This document shows, piece after piece, positions 19,362-29,187 of a stretch of 64,000 nt of DNA. The stretch comes from a virus (taxonomy: Duplodnaviria > Caudoviricetes), in IMG/VR virus record IMGVR_UViG_3300031555_004297. One strand, written 5' to 3'. The first letter of the stretch is position 1; every line of letters begins with the position of its first letter. Under the pieces are notes generated by a model that did no database searches, had not been told where the DNA came from, and worked only from the letters and a program-made list of their open reading frames with translations. A program made the position numbers and the translations under genes.

Positions 19362-22184
19362 TTAGAATACAGGAGCTGTAATTTTGTCTTTATCTGCATC
19401 GAGACACATAGTAAGACTATACAAACTCTGCATTGCTTCTTTATCAGAAGTTCTGACGCCTTTTCCTCCGAGGTTAAAGTAATGAGCTTTAGCACTAAGC
19501 TGTTCATCAAGCTCAGCATTAGCCTCTTCAGAGAAAACTCCACGTACTGTAACTTGGTCACCGTCGTAATCCAAATAAACTACATTATCTTTCAATAATG
19601 ATTAGACTATATCTTATACTAGTAAAACTAGTATTCTCCCGTTTCGGGTTCATAGGAAATTTACAAACCCTACGTCTTTCGACTAGTCGTTGAACATCTG
19701 TATTTATCATCTTCTTTTCTTATTACGCATTGTATCATATTCATCCTTCTTTTCAGGGCGAATAGGAATAGCACGTTTAATATTAGAACGCTTATTTCCT
19801 GGTTTTATACCATATTGAGAAGATATATGTGTCCATGAATGCCCTCCAATAATAGATCTTATAATTAGAAGATCTTTTGGATTAGCCTCCATCCATGCAT
19901 ATATTGCACACTCCTCAATAGAGTATCCTAATTCAGTATATGCTTGGCATATTAAATGAACCTGAAATTCTGATATTCTAGATTTAGGATTCAATTCACC
20001 ATTTTGGTTATAGTTTATTAAATCACGCCTAGATAATATCAATTGTTGATCAAATAATGATTCATCATATTCTTCATTGAAATAAATTCCATGTAACGCA
20101 TTTTCAGAATCATTAACCCACTCGAGATTCCAAGCATAATTGCAACGACCATCTGTATTAAATTTATGATTAACTAAATTTCTGTTCATTGCAATATCAT
20201 CTACTGTTTTAGGTATAAATGCATTTGCTACAAGTCTATGAATAAAGAATTTTCGTCTTTTAATATAACTTGAGCATGAAAGTTCTATGCGTAAATAAGT
20301 TTTATTTTGTTTAGGAGGTATATATTCTTCTGGAAATAATTCTCTTCCATAAGATGTAAATATCCTTCCATAAGATGTAATAAAATATTTTAATTCTATG
20401 ATATCCTCGAAATAGATGTATTTAAATTCTTCTACAGGATATCCTGGGATTTGTAAAGATAGTTTGGCTGCCGCCTCGGCTTCTGTTAAAAATGGCGGTT
20501 GAAATAAACAAACTCCAGCTTTTTCTACCATATAAAATCACCACCTTTCATTAAAATAATATATAATGATAAATACATTTTGCTGCTGATTGTCCAATCT
20601 TCATAATTTTTAAACATTCACGCTTGACATTGCTATCTACGTTGTAGTTTATGAAGCTCTTAGGAGTTTCCAGCAATTAGAGAGATTTTTATTTAAATCG
20701 GAGGCAATTGTTGACGGTTGTTTACCACCGATTCCTTCAAGATACAAATTACTAATATTTAAGGTATCAATAAATCTATTAGATGTATTAGCTCCGATAT
20801 CAGATTGTCTGATCTTCGGATAATTCTTATAGAACTTAGAACCCATTACCATAGGCTCAGTTTCAGTCGTAGAAGAAATTCTAATCTTTGTAGGATATTC
20901 GTTGAAGTAGCTGTCAATTGGGTACCTGGTAATCAAGACATGCTTATCTTTAGTACTTTCAACAGCAGCCTGATATAGAATATCACACCAAGTTAAATCT
21001 CTTTCCATTATAGGAAGTTTTCCTATATCAGATTTAGCGAATTCTTCTTCGCTCATGTTATAGCCTTTGAAACGCAATCTTACAGTAATACCTTCTATTG
21101 TCGGAACTTCAATAGGAATAAATCTATTAGAGAATCCAGTACAGAATCTTTCGATTTCTTTCTTAATTCTTTCATCAGAGAATTCCATCTGATAATCCTT
21201 CGGGTGAAGATAAGTTACTTGTCCATTCTTAATATAAGGAAGGACTGCATCTCCAGCAAATTCATTCTCAAAGAATCTTCTTACATTATGAATCATAAAA
21301 GGTAAGAAGTTTACACATGCAGATGCAAGAGGAAGAACAGAATAATCCAAGTCTGCTTCGATATCATCGAGTCTTTCAACCTTCAATTCGGGAGCAGAAA
21401 GGACTAGACGAGATCCATAGTCGGTAGTCTTACTCATAACAGCTCTACGAAGAATACCAGTCTTACCGGGAATAACATTCGTAGTCTTATCGCCATTAAT
21501 TGTAGTACCAGAACCAAACCAATCATAGATCTGTACAAGCGTCTCTTGCACACGTCCTCTAGTAGCATCATTAAGATTCAATCCATAGTCTGCGGATTCT
21601 TTAAGGGCTTTAACAAAGACAAGAAGATTTCTATAGAGTTCATTAATCTCTCCAACGGCCACACGGCCTTTCTCGGTATTAACGTCTCTATAGTATGCGG
21701 GGCACACAATATATTTCTTAATAAACATTTCAGGTGTTCCCATATACTTCTCGATAAATTTTACTCTCATGTCTCTCTGACGAGAGTCTGTACGTTTTAG
21801 TTTAATTTTATCAATATTCTTTTGTAAGAACTTGACTCCACATTCACCATTTTCATCATCGATAACAAGTTCTCCTTTATCATTAATGATGAATCTATTA
21901 ATGCCATGAACGCACAACTTAATATTAGAATCGATCTTAGTCCACATCTTATAAATAAGAGGGTTAATAAAAGTATCTCCAAGATCTATATAGGCGAATG
22001 TATTAGCTCTATCATATTTAGTGATTCCGAAAATTTCATTAGATAATAATCCATCAGGAGTAGGAACCGAATTTCTAATAAAGAAAACAGGATTCGTGAC
22101 TTCTTTAAGATCATTGACTTTTACAAGTTTCTCAGGGTCGATTAGATTAACTCTGAGGTGCTCGCCTTTAAGCAAATCAGCCAT
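19362..22184 (-). CDS. phage multisubunit RNA polymerase beta-prime (N-terminal/catalytic) subunit, probably virion RNAP; exons 20724-22184 and 19362-19571 (about 556 aa)
   Basis: DGLLSNEIFG, GKTGILRRAVMSKTTDYGSRLVL, TRYP; splicing restores LEGIGG|DYDGDQ catalytic motif; late-type promoter variant upstream. Confidence 0.9.
19572..20723 (-). ncRNA. group I intron 6 in RNAP beta-prime gene (1152 nt, HNH ORF in L6)
   Basis: P1 AATCGGTGGT|…GCCTCCGATT with U.G; AATTGCTGGAAA, AATCAGCAG, GTTCAACGACTA, AAGATATAGTC; ends …TTTG|GAT. Confidence 0.9.
19707..20531 (-). CDS. intron-encoded HNH homing endonuclease
   Basis: YFITSYGRI, FIHRLVANAFIP…VNHK…NYAWNLEWVNDSENALH. Confidence 0.9.
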   Translation of the reverse strand: MVEKAGVCLFQPPFLTEAEAAAKLSLQIPGYPVEEFKYIYFEDIIELKYFITSYGRIFTSYGRELFPEEYIPPKQNKTYLRIELSCSSYIKRRKFFIHRLVANAFIPKTVDDIAMNRNLVNHKFNTDGRCNYAWNLEWVNDSENALHGIYFNEEYDESLFDQQLILSRRDLINYNQNGELNPKSRISEFQVHLICQAYTELGYSIEECAIYAWMEANPKDLLIIRSIIGGHSWTHISSQYGIKPGNKRSNIKRAIPIRPEKKDEYDTMRNKKRR

Positions 22185-22259
22185 TTTCATCACCTCTTCT
22201 TTTCATTATTAGTATGTGAACTAAATTAAGATAGACTCTCCCAAACTGGAGAGTCTATC

Positions 22260-22460
22260 TTATTCTTTGTCGTTCTCTTCAGGCTCAATTATCTCCCAAT
22301 CATTAGCATCGAAGTCTTCAATTGGGATTGAGTTGCAGCTCCCTGTACGAGCGATACGCTTACCCTGAAGGATAATCTTTTCGTCTTTAGGCCAGACAGC
22401 TCTTCTAAGAGTGGCTTGAGGAGAACAGAACAACTGGGTTAATCCAGCATAAAATCTCAT
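22260..22460 (-). CDS. small DUF2829/Tad2-like protein (possible nucleotide-signal sponge)
   Basis: MxF..L..L…RR.VW…EDFDANDWEII pattern. Confidence 0.45.
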   Translation of the reverse strand: MRFYAGLTQLFCSPQATLRRAVWPKDEKIILQGKRIARTGSCNSIPIEDFDANDWEIIEPEENDKE

Positions 22461-22526
22461 AGTTTTGATCTCCTTTTTAAGATTTGTAATACAAGAATGT
22501 TTATATAAATCAAAGGAAAGCCACCA

Positions 22527-22838
22527 TTAATTGGTGGCTTTCGTAATAATCGTTGTCAGAACACTAGATCCAGACAAAGTCATATCGATATTATACAAGT
22601 CATTATATACAGTAAAAGAAGATTGATTTAGAGTTTCGTACAACTCTCTTGCGGCTTCTTCAGAGTCAGTCGTAATTCTGAATGTTGCGAGCTCAGCAGT
22701 ACTATCTGCATAAATAACCAAATCCTCTCTGCATCCAACGAGATTGTACAATACCATGATTTCGTCAAAGAAGCGAACGACAACTGCTGCTTTATTTTCA
22801 GTAGTTAAATCACTCACAAATTTTGTCGTATCATTCAT
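22527..22838 (-). CDS. hypothetical protein
   Basis: 103-aa ORF with AAAGGAG RBS. Confidence 0.7.
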   Translation of the reverse strand: MNDTTKFVSDLTTENKAAVVVRFFDEIMVLYNLVGCREDLVIYADSTAELATFRITTDSEEAARELYETLNQSSFTVYNDLYNIDMTLSGSSVLTTIITKATN

Positions 22839-22853
22839 TGGTAAGGGTCTCCT

Positions 22854-23234
22854 TTACGTTAGCTCTTCAAAAAATTCTTCCATATCATCAGCACTTACAG
22901 CAGGAGACGGTGTTGGCATATTATTGTTAGATTCATCAACTGGCACCGTATTATTTGCAGGACGCTCCGGAGGCGGTGGGCGATAAGGCCTTCCCGCCTT
23001 CCGAGCTTCTTCGCGTCTCTGGCGTTCTTCTTCCTCTTTTTCTTTTTGTTGTCTTTCTTCCTCAGCCTTCTTTTGAGCCTCGGCTCTTTCGACTACAATC
23101 TTATAGAGTTCGTGAACTTGCCAGAACGGAGCATTATATATATCTTGAATCGGTAAACGTCCTTTAAGGAAGTTAGTTATCGATTCGACTAGAATTACAT
23201 ACTCACGATAGCTGCCAATTGATGCCGCGTAAAA
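22854..23234 (-). CDS. start-less -1 frame ORF; probable frameshift extension of the upstream tail assembly chaperone (T4 gp51-like)
   Basis: Open 127 codons FYAASIGSYREYVILVESITNFLKGRLPIQDIYNAPFWQVHELY…EEFFEELT*; overlaps the end of 23195-24874 at CTT-TTT; missed by the ORF track. Confidence 0.65.
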   Translation of the reverse strand, partial: FYAASIGSYREYVILVESITNFLKGRLPIQDIYNAPFWQVHELYKIVVERAEAQKKAEEERQQKEKEEEERQRREEARKAGRPYRPPPPERPANNTVPVDESNNNMPTPSPAVSADDMEEFFEELT

Positions 23235-24874
23235 AGCATCTGGTCAGGAGTCATGTCTCTGTTCTCCTCAACAATAGTGTGGCAATCAGGACACTCTGCC
23301 TCAGGCACAAGGTAAGTAATCTTTGTAGTATCGGTATCGATTGTGCTGATCTTTGCTCTGAGGTTATAGTAATCTTCAGAATTAAGACCATTAATGATAT
23401 CATTATATGCTCTGATACGACGAGCAGCTGTCTTGCTCATATCAGAAGGATCTGCCTTGGTATCAACGGGAATAAGCGAGTTGCTAGCTTCATCGATATA
23501 GTAAATCTCATCGATATAAGAGATTACATCGATGGAGTTCTGATACTTCTCAATGAATGCATCGCGCAGACTTGCAGTCTCGATAATAACCTTCCAAATA
23601 GAAGGAGTACGAAGTGCAAATGCATAAATATCAGAAACCTGAACAAGCTCAGCCTCGTACTCACCCTCTTCCTTAGGAGAAGTGGTATCGAGTTTAAGGA
23701 GAGCTTCAACTTCCTTCTTGGTTTCATCGTCATCGTATTCAACCATATCGTCGAACTTGACGTCCTTAATGAATACCTTATTACACTTGGGGCAGGCATA
23801 ATTAAGGTAGTTAGATCCATTAAAGGTTGCCTTATAAAGACCGAAGTAAATATGGGTAAGATCTACAAATCTTGTAGCCTTAAGCCATGCTTCAAACTCG
23901 GGCTTGTTGGCATCCTCAATATGATCATAAATAACTTTATACATCTCACGGAAAGTATTAAGCCTATTTCTAGCAGCATTCTGAGGATTCAGCTTAAGAA
24001 TCTCAGGACCAGAAAGTCCAGTGAGTGCTACAGGGCGCTTAGCATGGTACATAACCCAGTCAGCAATATTGCGATCCATCTGGGTTGCAACCTTCATAAG
24101 CTTAGAAGCGCTGATAGGCTTCTTAGAAATGGTAAATTTCGAGAGATCAAAAGACTTCTTGATACCGATCTTGCCAGAAAGCTCCTTCTTAATATCGGCA
24201 ACAACTTGATCCGAATCGGGCTCTTCAGCTGTAGCATCCTCATCGTCGAGCTCATCATCATCCATAGCATCAAGAATGCTTACTCTTTCATTCTCTACAT
24301 CTTCACGAGTAATAGCAGGAAGAACTACAGCTTCATGAATTTCTTTAGCTTCGGGTTTATCGGCAATAGCTTCTTCTTCTGCAACTTCTGCAGTATTAAC
24401 GGCAGAAGCCTCTTCTTCAAAAGCCTTAGTAGCAGTTTCTTCAACTGCAGACTTAGTTGTCTTTGCGGTCATAGGTACATACTCCTCTTCATCATCGTCA
24501 TCGTCATACAAACCGGCGGAAGGATCATCAGGGTCTTCATCTTCAACCTTATGTGATCCAATCGCATCTCTTCTATCTTGAGCAGCGAGCTCTGCTTCTT
24601 CAGCGGCTTCAGCCTGAGCTTCACGCTCTTCATCGATCTTATCAAGGATAGCATCCATATCTGCACTAACCTTTTCCTTATGAACTTCAAGTGCAGCATC
24701 AAGTGCTCCGAAGATCTCGTCTCCAAATACATCTTTTTCTTCTCTCTTGGGCATTACCGTAGAGGGATCAAATTCCTGAATAGTGCTCTTATCGATATTG
24801 CCAGGCACGTTTGCCTCAGCAATTGTACGAGGAGCTCTATCCATCATATCACTAAGTGAAGTCTTTTCTGCCAT
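23195..24874 (-). CDS. tail assembly chaperone / baseplate hub assembly protein (T4 gp26/gp51-like) with acidic N-terminal half
   Basis: Two CPxC motifs (ACPKC, ECPDC), RTPSI, ends MLFTR; next to gp25-like gene. Confidence 0.65.
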   Translation of the reverse strand: MAEKTSLSDMMDRAPRTIAEANVPGNIDKSTIQEFDPSTVMPKREEKDVFGDEIFGALDAALEVHKEKVSADMDAILDKIDEEREAQAEAAEEAELAAQDRRDAIGSHKVEDEDPDDPSAGLYDDDDDEEEYVPMTAKTTKSAVEETATKAFEEEASAVNTAEVAEEEAIADKPEAKEIHEAVVLPAITREDVENERVSILDAMDDDELDDEDATAEEPDSDQVVADIKKELSGKIGIKKSFDLSKFTISKKPISASKLMKVATQMDRNIADWVMYHAKRPVALTGLSGPEILKLNPQNAARNRLNTFREMYKVIYDHIEDANKPEFEAWLKATRFVDLTHIYFGLYKATFNGSNYLNYACPKCNKVFIKDVKFDDMVEYDDDETKKEVEALLKLDTTSPKEEGEYEAELVQVSDIYAFALRTPSIWKVIIETASLRDAFIEKYQNSIDVISYIDEIYYIDEASNSLIPVDTKADPSDMSKTAARRIRAYNDIINGLNSEDYYNLRAKISTIDTDTTKITYLVPEAECPDCHTIVEENRDMTPDQMLFTRHQLAAIVSM

Positions 24875-24888
24875 TTTATTTCTCCTCC

Positions 24889-25275
24889 TTACATGTCGCT
24901 AAGTTTAGCGAATTTACTTTCAACAGTATTGGTTACCGAGTCATAGGAAATTCCATAAATAGAGCCATCGATTTCGGCCGTAATAAGGAATTGTCCTCCC
25001 TTTTGTGTTACATTGATAGTCGTACCCTGGAAATAATCCGGCAGGTATGCTTCAATTTGTGCTTCGAAGTCTGCTTTAAGTTTAGAAGCAGCTCCTTCTA
25101 CAGAATAACGATATCTGGACATTAATCCGACACCCATTTCTGGATGAGACTGGAATGTGCCAGGTTCAAGTAACAAAAGCCGGGTCAATAAAATGGCCAT
25201 AGCTTCTGCGTCTTTATATACTTTAGGATTTTTAAAGTCATCTACTGAAAACGAGTGTTCAGTTAATCTAGGCAT
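24889..25275 (-). CDS. gp25/GPW-like baseplate wedge (sheath initiator) protein
   Basis: LLLLEPGTFQSHPEMGVGL…IEAYLP pattern, 128 aa. Confidence 0.65.
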   Translation of the reverse strand: MPRLTEHSFSVDDFKNPKVYKDAEAMAILLTRLLLLEPGTFQSHPEMGVGLMSRYRYSVEGAASKLKADFEAQIEAYLPDYFQGTTINVTQKGGQFLITAEIDGSIYGISYDSVTNTVESKFAKLSDM

Positions 25276-25366
25276 TATTTTATCACCCCGTTTCTAGATT
25301 TAATAATTTGTTGTGGATGTAAAAAAGTACACCTATTTAGCGTAGAAACAATCCAAACATATATGT

Positions 25367-25533
25367 AAAAAGAGATATGAATCGGAATCAAAACTCAATT
25401 TGCCATTTGCTTTCCGTGTACCATATACGGGTGTTCTGCTCATGCTGTTTATGTAAACCTCCTTTTCTGATAATATCTCATTTTTATACTCCTTATGTTT
25501 TGAGAGATAGCGGGCGGCGCTATCTCTCTTTTT
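25367..25533 (+). ncRNA. candidate late small RNA with anti-Shine-Dalgarno segments
   Basis: AACA-N6-TA promoter at 25356-25367, intrinsic terminator at 25502-25533, closing stem 25367-25378/25473-25485, no credible RBS-led ORF on +. Confidence 0.5.
25502..25533 (+). terminator. intrinsic terminator
   Basis: GAGAGATAGCG-GGCGG-CGCTATCTCTC-TTTTT. Confidence 0.8.
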
Positions 25534-25589
25534 CCTTTGTCTTTCAAACCCTTCAACATAGTTGTAATAAAAGATCGGAGGTGCTATTG

Positions 25590-27017
25590 ATGGCTAAACC
25601 TGCGTATAAAACGACTAGGAAATACAAATGCCCTTATTGTGATTATAAGGCTATTAGAGGCGACATAGTAGAGCATGTGGACAAAAAGCATAGTAGCCTA
25701 ATTCCTGAAGGATACTCAGCTGCTAGATCTGTTTATGATTTTATTAATGGAAAGAATTATAATACTTGCATGATTTGTAAGAAGCCAGTATACTGGTGGA
25801 ATGATAAAATTAATCGCTATAATAATCTCTGCGATGATCCTAAGTGTAGAGCTCGTGTAAGAGAAATTGCACTTGAGCGCCATATCAGAGTTTATAATAA
25901 GCCTACCCTTCTTAATGATGCAGAACATCAAGAGAAGATGCTTTCTCATAGAAGGATTTCGGGATCTTATACATTTTCAGATGGTGGTAAGGTAATGTAT
26001 ACAGGGCAGTATGAAAAGGCTGCTCTTGAATTTATGGACAAAGTACTTGAAATTCCATCTAAGGATATCCAAGCTCCAGGTCCTGTACTTGAATATGAAT
26101 ATAATGGAGAGAAACATCAGTGGATCACTGATATCTATTATATTCCAGGAAATCTTCTTATTGAGGTTAAAGATGGTGGATCCAATCCTAATAAGAGAGA
26201 AATGCCTATTTATAGAGAGAAGCAAATTGCTAAGGAAGAAATGGTAACGAATCTTGGTACTTTTAACTATATTCGCCTTACCAATAATGACTTTGCTCAG
26301 CTTCTTGATATTCTTGCAGATATGAAGAATGAAGCTTTAACTGCAGAAGACGCACCTAAGGCTAAAATTCATATCAATGAAGAGGTTGGTGGACTTCCTC
26401 CACATAGACCTCCTGTAGCGTATGCTGTTCCTTGTGGAATGAATAATGCATTTTCTGGATTTGCTTATTCAGATTCTGATATGGATAAGTTTATTCTCGC
26501 CGGAGAAGATGGTGAGCTTCTTCCCTTGGTAGAAAAAGAACTTTTTAGCAAATATCAGTGTGGTCCTACATTATTCTATAATAAAGAAGATGCTCAGGAT
26601 AAGATTAATAAAATTCATGAGGCTATTATTTCTAATGAGATTAGTAGCTACTATGATATTATGAATATTCTTACAGAGAAATCTACTCATTCTCTGAATG
26701 ATATTATTTGTGCAGAATGCTTCAATTTCTATGATAAAAACAGAGAGTCTAAGATTGAGAGTTATTTAAGAAATGGAGTTTCTAGAATGCTCAATGAAAA
26801 TACTATAGATTCTGCTGTTGTAGATACGATTGGCCATGTATATATTTGCCAATCTCCTAAGGGTTATTATGCAGCAACTCCTGGAGATTTTTATATGGCT
26901 AGTGAATATTTCTCCACAATTGAAGATCTCAAAGCCGCTGGCATTGTAGATTTTATGAATGGAGTTTATGATCAGAATTCTAAGAAAGAAAATGTAGGAG
27001 GTGAAGATAATGCCTAA
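25590..27017 (+). CDS. Zn-finger + TnsA-like PD-(D/E)XK nuclease domain protein (T4 gp4 head-completion-like)
   Basis: CPYC…H…H, CMIC…C…C, YTGQYEK…YEYNGEKHQWITDIY…LLIEVKDG; start MAKPAYK with GGAGGTG RBS. Confidence 0.6.
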   Translation: MAKPAYKTTRKYKCPYCDYKAIRGDIVEHVDKKHSSLIPEGYSAARSVYDFINGKNYNTCMICKKPVYWWNDKINRYNNLCDDPKCRARVREIALERHIRVYNKPTLLNDAEHQEKMLSHRRISGSYTFSDGGKVMYTGQYEKAALEFMDKVLEIPSKDIQAPGPVLEYEYNGEKHQWITDIYYIPGNLLIEVKDGGSNPNKREMPIYREKQIAKEEMVTNLGTFNYIRLTNNDFAQLLDILADMKNEALTAEDAPKAKIHINEEVGGLPPHRPPVAYAVPCGMNNAFSGFAYSDSDMDKFILAGEDGELLPLVEKELFSKYQCGPTLFYNKEDAQDKINKIHEAIISNEISSYYDIMNILTEKSTHSLNDIICAECFNFYDKNRESKIESYLRNGVSRMLNENTIDSAVVDTIGHVYICQSPKGYYAATPGDFYMASEYFSTIEDLKAAGIVDFMNGVYDQNSKKENVGGEDNA

Positions 27018-29187
27018 TATTCTTGATGATGAATTCATGGTTTCGACCTATTTAAATAAAGATAGAGAGCCTAAGGCAAGTGAGATTATTGATAACTCCA
27101 GAGCTATAGAAAAAGCTATTCAATGGTCTACCGATGCCAATAGAGTTCTTATTATTCCTACTGGAGATCTTGATGATATCGAAGATCAATGGAATAAATT
27201 TAATCAGATGCCTAAGAAGAGTCGTAGGATGTCTGACTGGAAGAGCCTTGAGCTCTTTGGATGTACTAATCAGGATACTTATGAGAACTGTCGTAGTGCT
27301 GCACTTGCAAATGATATTGATGCTATCGATATAGATAGTTTTGAAGATGATGATCATGGTATTCCTCTTTCTGAATCTGCAGTAGATCTATACTATGCAG
27401 ATACCTACTATCATCCTGAAGTTGTAAATTATACTCCTGAAGATGTAGATAAAGCTAGAGAATGGGCCGATGAGGCTAACCGCGCCATTATCATCCCTAC
27501 TCGTACTCTTGAGGAACTCGAGGGACTATGGGATGCTTATAATACTATGATTAAGAAGCATAGAAGAGAGTCTGACTGGATGAGTCTTGAGCTCTTTGGT
27601 CTTACAAATCTCAAGCATTATGAGCATCTTAAATCAGAGTTTCTTAAGCAGGATATCCCTGTACCAGATTCTTATGGATACGTTGTAGAATCTGCAGACG
27701 CTTTCTTAAAGAGATATCTAGAGTCTGTTAAATCTACAGCAATTACGGCTGGTAGGGTAATGCTTGAAAGTGTTAGAAAATACAAGAATATGTATGAAGA
27801 GACTATCACAAATAACGTCCTCTCTGATATTCTTGATAAATGCGATAGTGAGCTTATTTGCAATACATCTGATGGCGTTTGCTGTGGAGATATGCCATAT
27901 TATGATCCTGATACAATGACCGATATGGGTGTATTTTCATCTAATCCTGAAGATAATTATTTTGATGCTATTTCTGATAATATTCTTCTTGATGATAGAA
28001 TGAGCGTGCATGAGTGGTTTGAGTTGTATAAGTATGCTAATCAGGGCTTCTATACAGAATTCCATAATTACTCGGGTATCTGGGCTAATAAGGTAAGACA
28101 GCTTATGTTTGAATTAGCTCGTCTCAAAGAATCTGGAAATGAAAAAGCAATTAAAGCTCGTAAGCAAGCTATTCTTGAGCTTGGATGGAATCCAGATGTT
28201 GAATTCTCAAATAAGAATAGAGCTATAGCAACCGAATCTGCAAGAGATAGAATCAATTCGCTTTCAGCTCCAACAAAAGTAATTGATTTGACCAAGCACT
28301 ATTCTAATGTGCCAATTTCTTCTATCAAAGAAGCTGTGCAGGCTAGTGGTAACCTCAGACCTGTATATGTAGTACTTGTAGAAGGAAAGTCTTATATGTC
28401 TAGCGCTATTAGACTTGCTACAAAAGACATTTATTCCCATGCTGCTATTTCTCTTACAACTGATTTGAAAGAGATGTATAGCTATGGAATTAATATTAAT
28501 AGCACGAGCGATAGAGCTGGATTTAGAAAAGAAAGTATTGACGATCTTCCTCCTGGTGGTAGAATCCGTCTATATGCTTTCTTTGTATCTAATGAAGTTT
28601 ATAAGAAAATTGAAGGCTTCATTGACACATTTAAGAATAATGCTGAAAAAACTTCTTATAGCTACATGAATCTCATCACCTATCTCTTCAATATTCCTTA
28701 TAATAAAGACTGGTCTCTTATTTGCTCTCAATTTGTAGATAAGTGCCTTAAGGCTGGAGGAATAAATATTATCAAGAAAGATTCTTCTGTAGTGTCTCCT
28801 CATGATCTTAATGTAGCTCTTAAGGAAGAAAGAAGAATCTACACTCTTTACGAAGGTTCTGCTACAAAATATGATGCTCTTAAGATCGATGCTTTGGTAT
28901 CTGCTCTTATTACAAAAGCAAAACCTATTAAAGAATCTAAAGTTACTTATATTGACGAAGGAAGATATATCTCCGATATACTCAGCCATATTGGAAATGT
29001 ACCTGTATTACTTGAAATGCATAATCATATCGATGTCGTCAAAAATGATATGACTAAACGGATTCTTGAGTCTCTAATATTCGATAGAATTGATATTAGA
29101 GAATATACTCCAGTATCTAAACAGAATTCTTATACAAGTATGGCATATATTGAAAAAGCCATTACAAAGAATATGACTTCTGTTTAA
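27010..29187 (+). CDS. probable virion protein with N-terminal tandem repeat and permuted papain-like (YiiX/C92-type) domain
   Basis: YSHAAISL…YSYG…ICSQFV…VSPHDL (His before Cys); repeat W..ANR..IIPT…SDW.SLELFG.TN x2. Confidence 0.65.
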   Translation: MPNILDDEFMVSTYLNKDREPKASEIIDNSRAIEKAIQWSTDANRVLIIPTGDLDDIEDQWNKFNQMPKKSRRMSDWKSLELFGCTNQDTYENCRSAALANDIDAIDIDSFEDDDHGIPLSESAVDLYYADTYYHPEVVNYTPEDVDKAREWADEANRAIIIPTRTLEELEGLWDAYNTMIKKHRRESDWMSLELFGLTNLKHYEHLKSEFLKQDIPVPDSYGYVVESADAFLKRYLESVKSTAITAGRVMLESVRKYKNMYEETITNNVLSDILDKCDSELICNTSDGVCCGDMPYYDPDTMTDMGVFSSNPEDNYFDAISDNILLDDRMSVHEWFELYKYANQGFYTEFHNYSGIWANKVRQLMFELARLKESGNEKAIKARKQAILELGWNPDVEFSNKNRAIATESARDRINSLSAPTKVIDLTKHYSNVPISSIKEAVQASGNLRPVYVVLVEGKSYMSSAIRLATKDIYSHAAISLTTDLKEMYSYGININSTSDRAGFRKESIDDLPPGGRIRLYAFFVSNEVYKKIEGFIDTFKNNAEKTSYSYMNLITYLFNIPYNKDWSLICSQFVDKCLKAGGINIIKKDSSVVSPHDLNVALKEERRIYTLYEGSATKYDALKIDALVSALITKAKPIKESKVTYIDEGRYISDILSHIGNVPVLLEMHNHIDVVKNDMTKRILESLIFDRIDIREYTPVSKQNSYTSMAYIEKAITKNMTSV

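Larger units (their letters stand above)
25301..25566. promoter_or_regulatory. cluster of three late-type promoters AACA-N6-TA (25301-25312 minus; 25356-25367 plus; 25555-25566 plus)
   Basis: Exact motif matches, as upstream of other structural genes; resembles AR9 late promoter consensus. Confidence 0.7.

Noticed and set aside
19298-19595. ORFs 19362-19595 and 19298-19561 as separate genes; C-terminal tail of 20649-22193
   Set aside because: 19362-19571 is exon 2 of beta-prime; the rest is intron read-through or an alternative frame
25377-25589. 71-aa N-terminal extension of the Zn-finger nuclease ORF
   Set aside because: Crosses a terminator and a promoter; the RBS-supported start is ATG 25590
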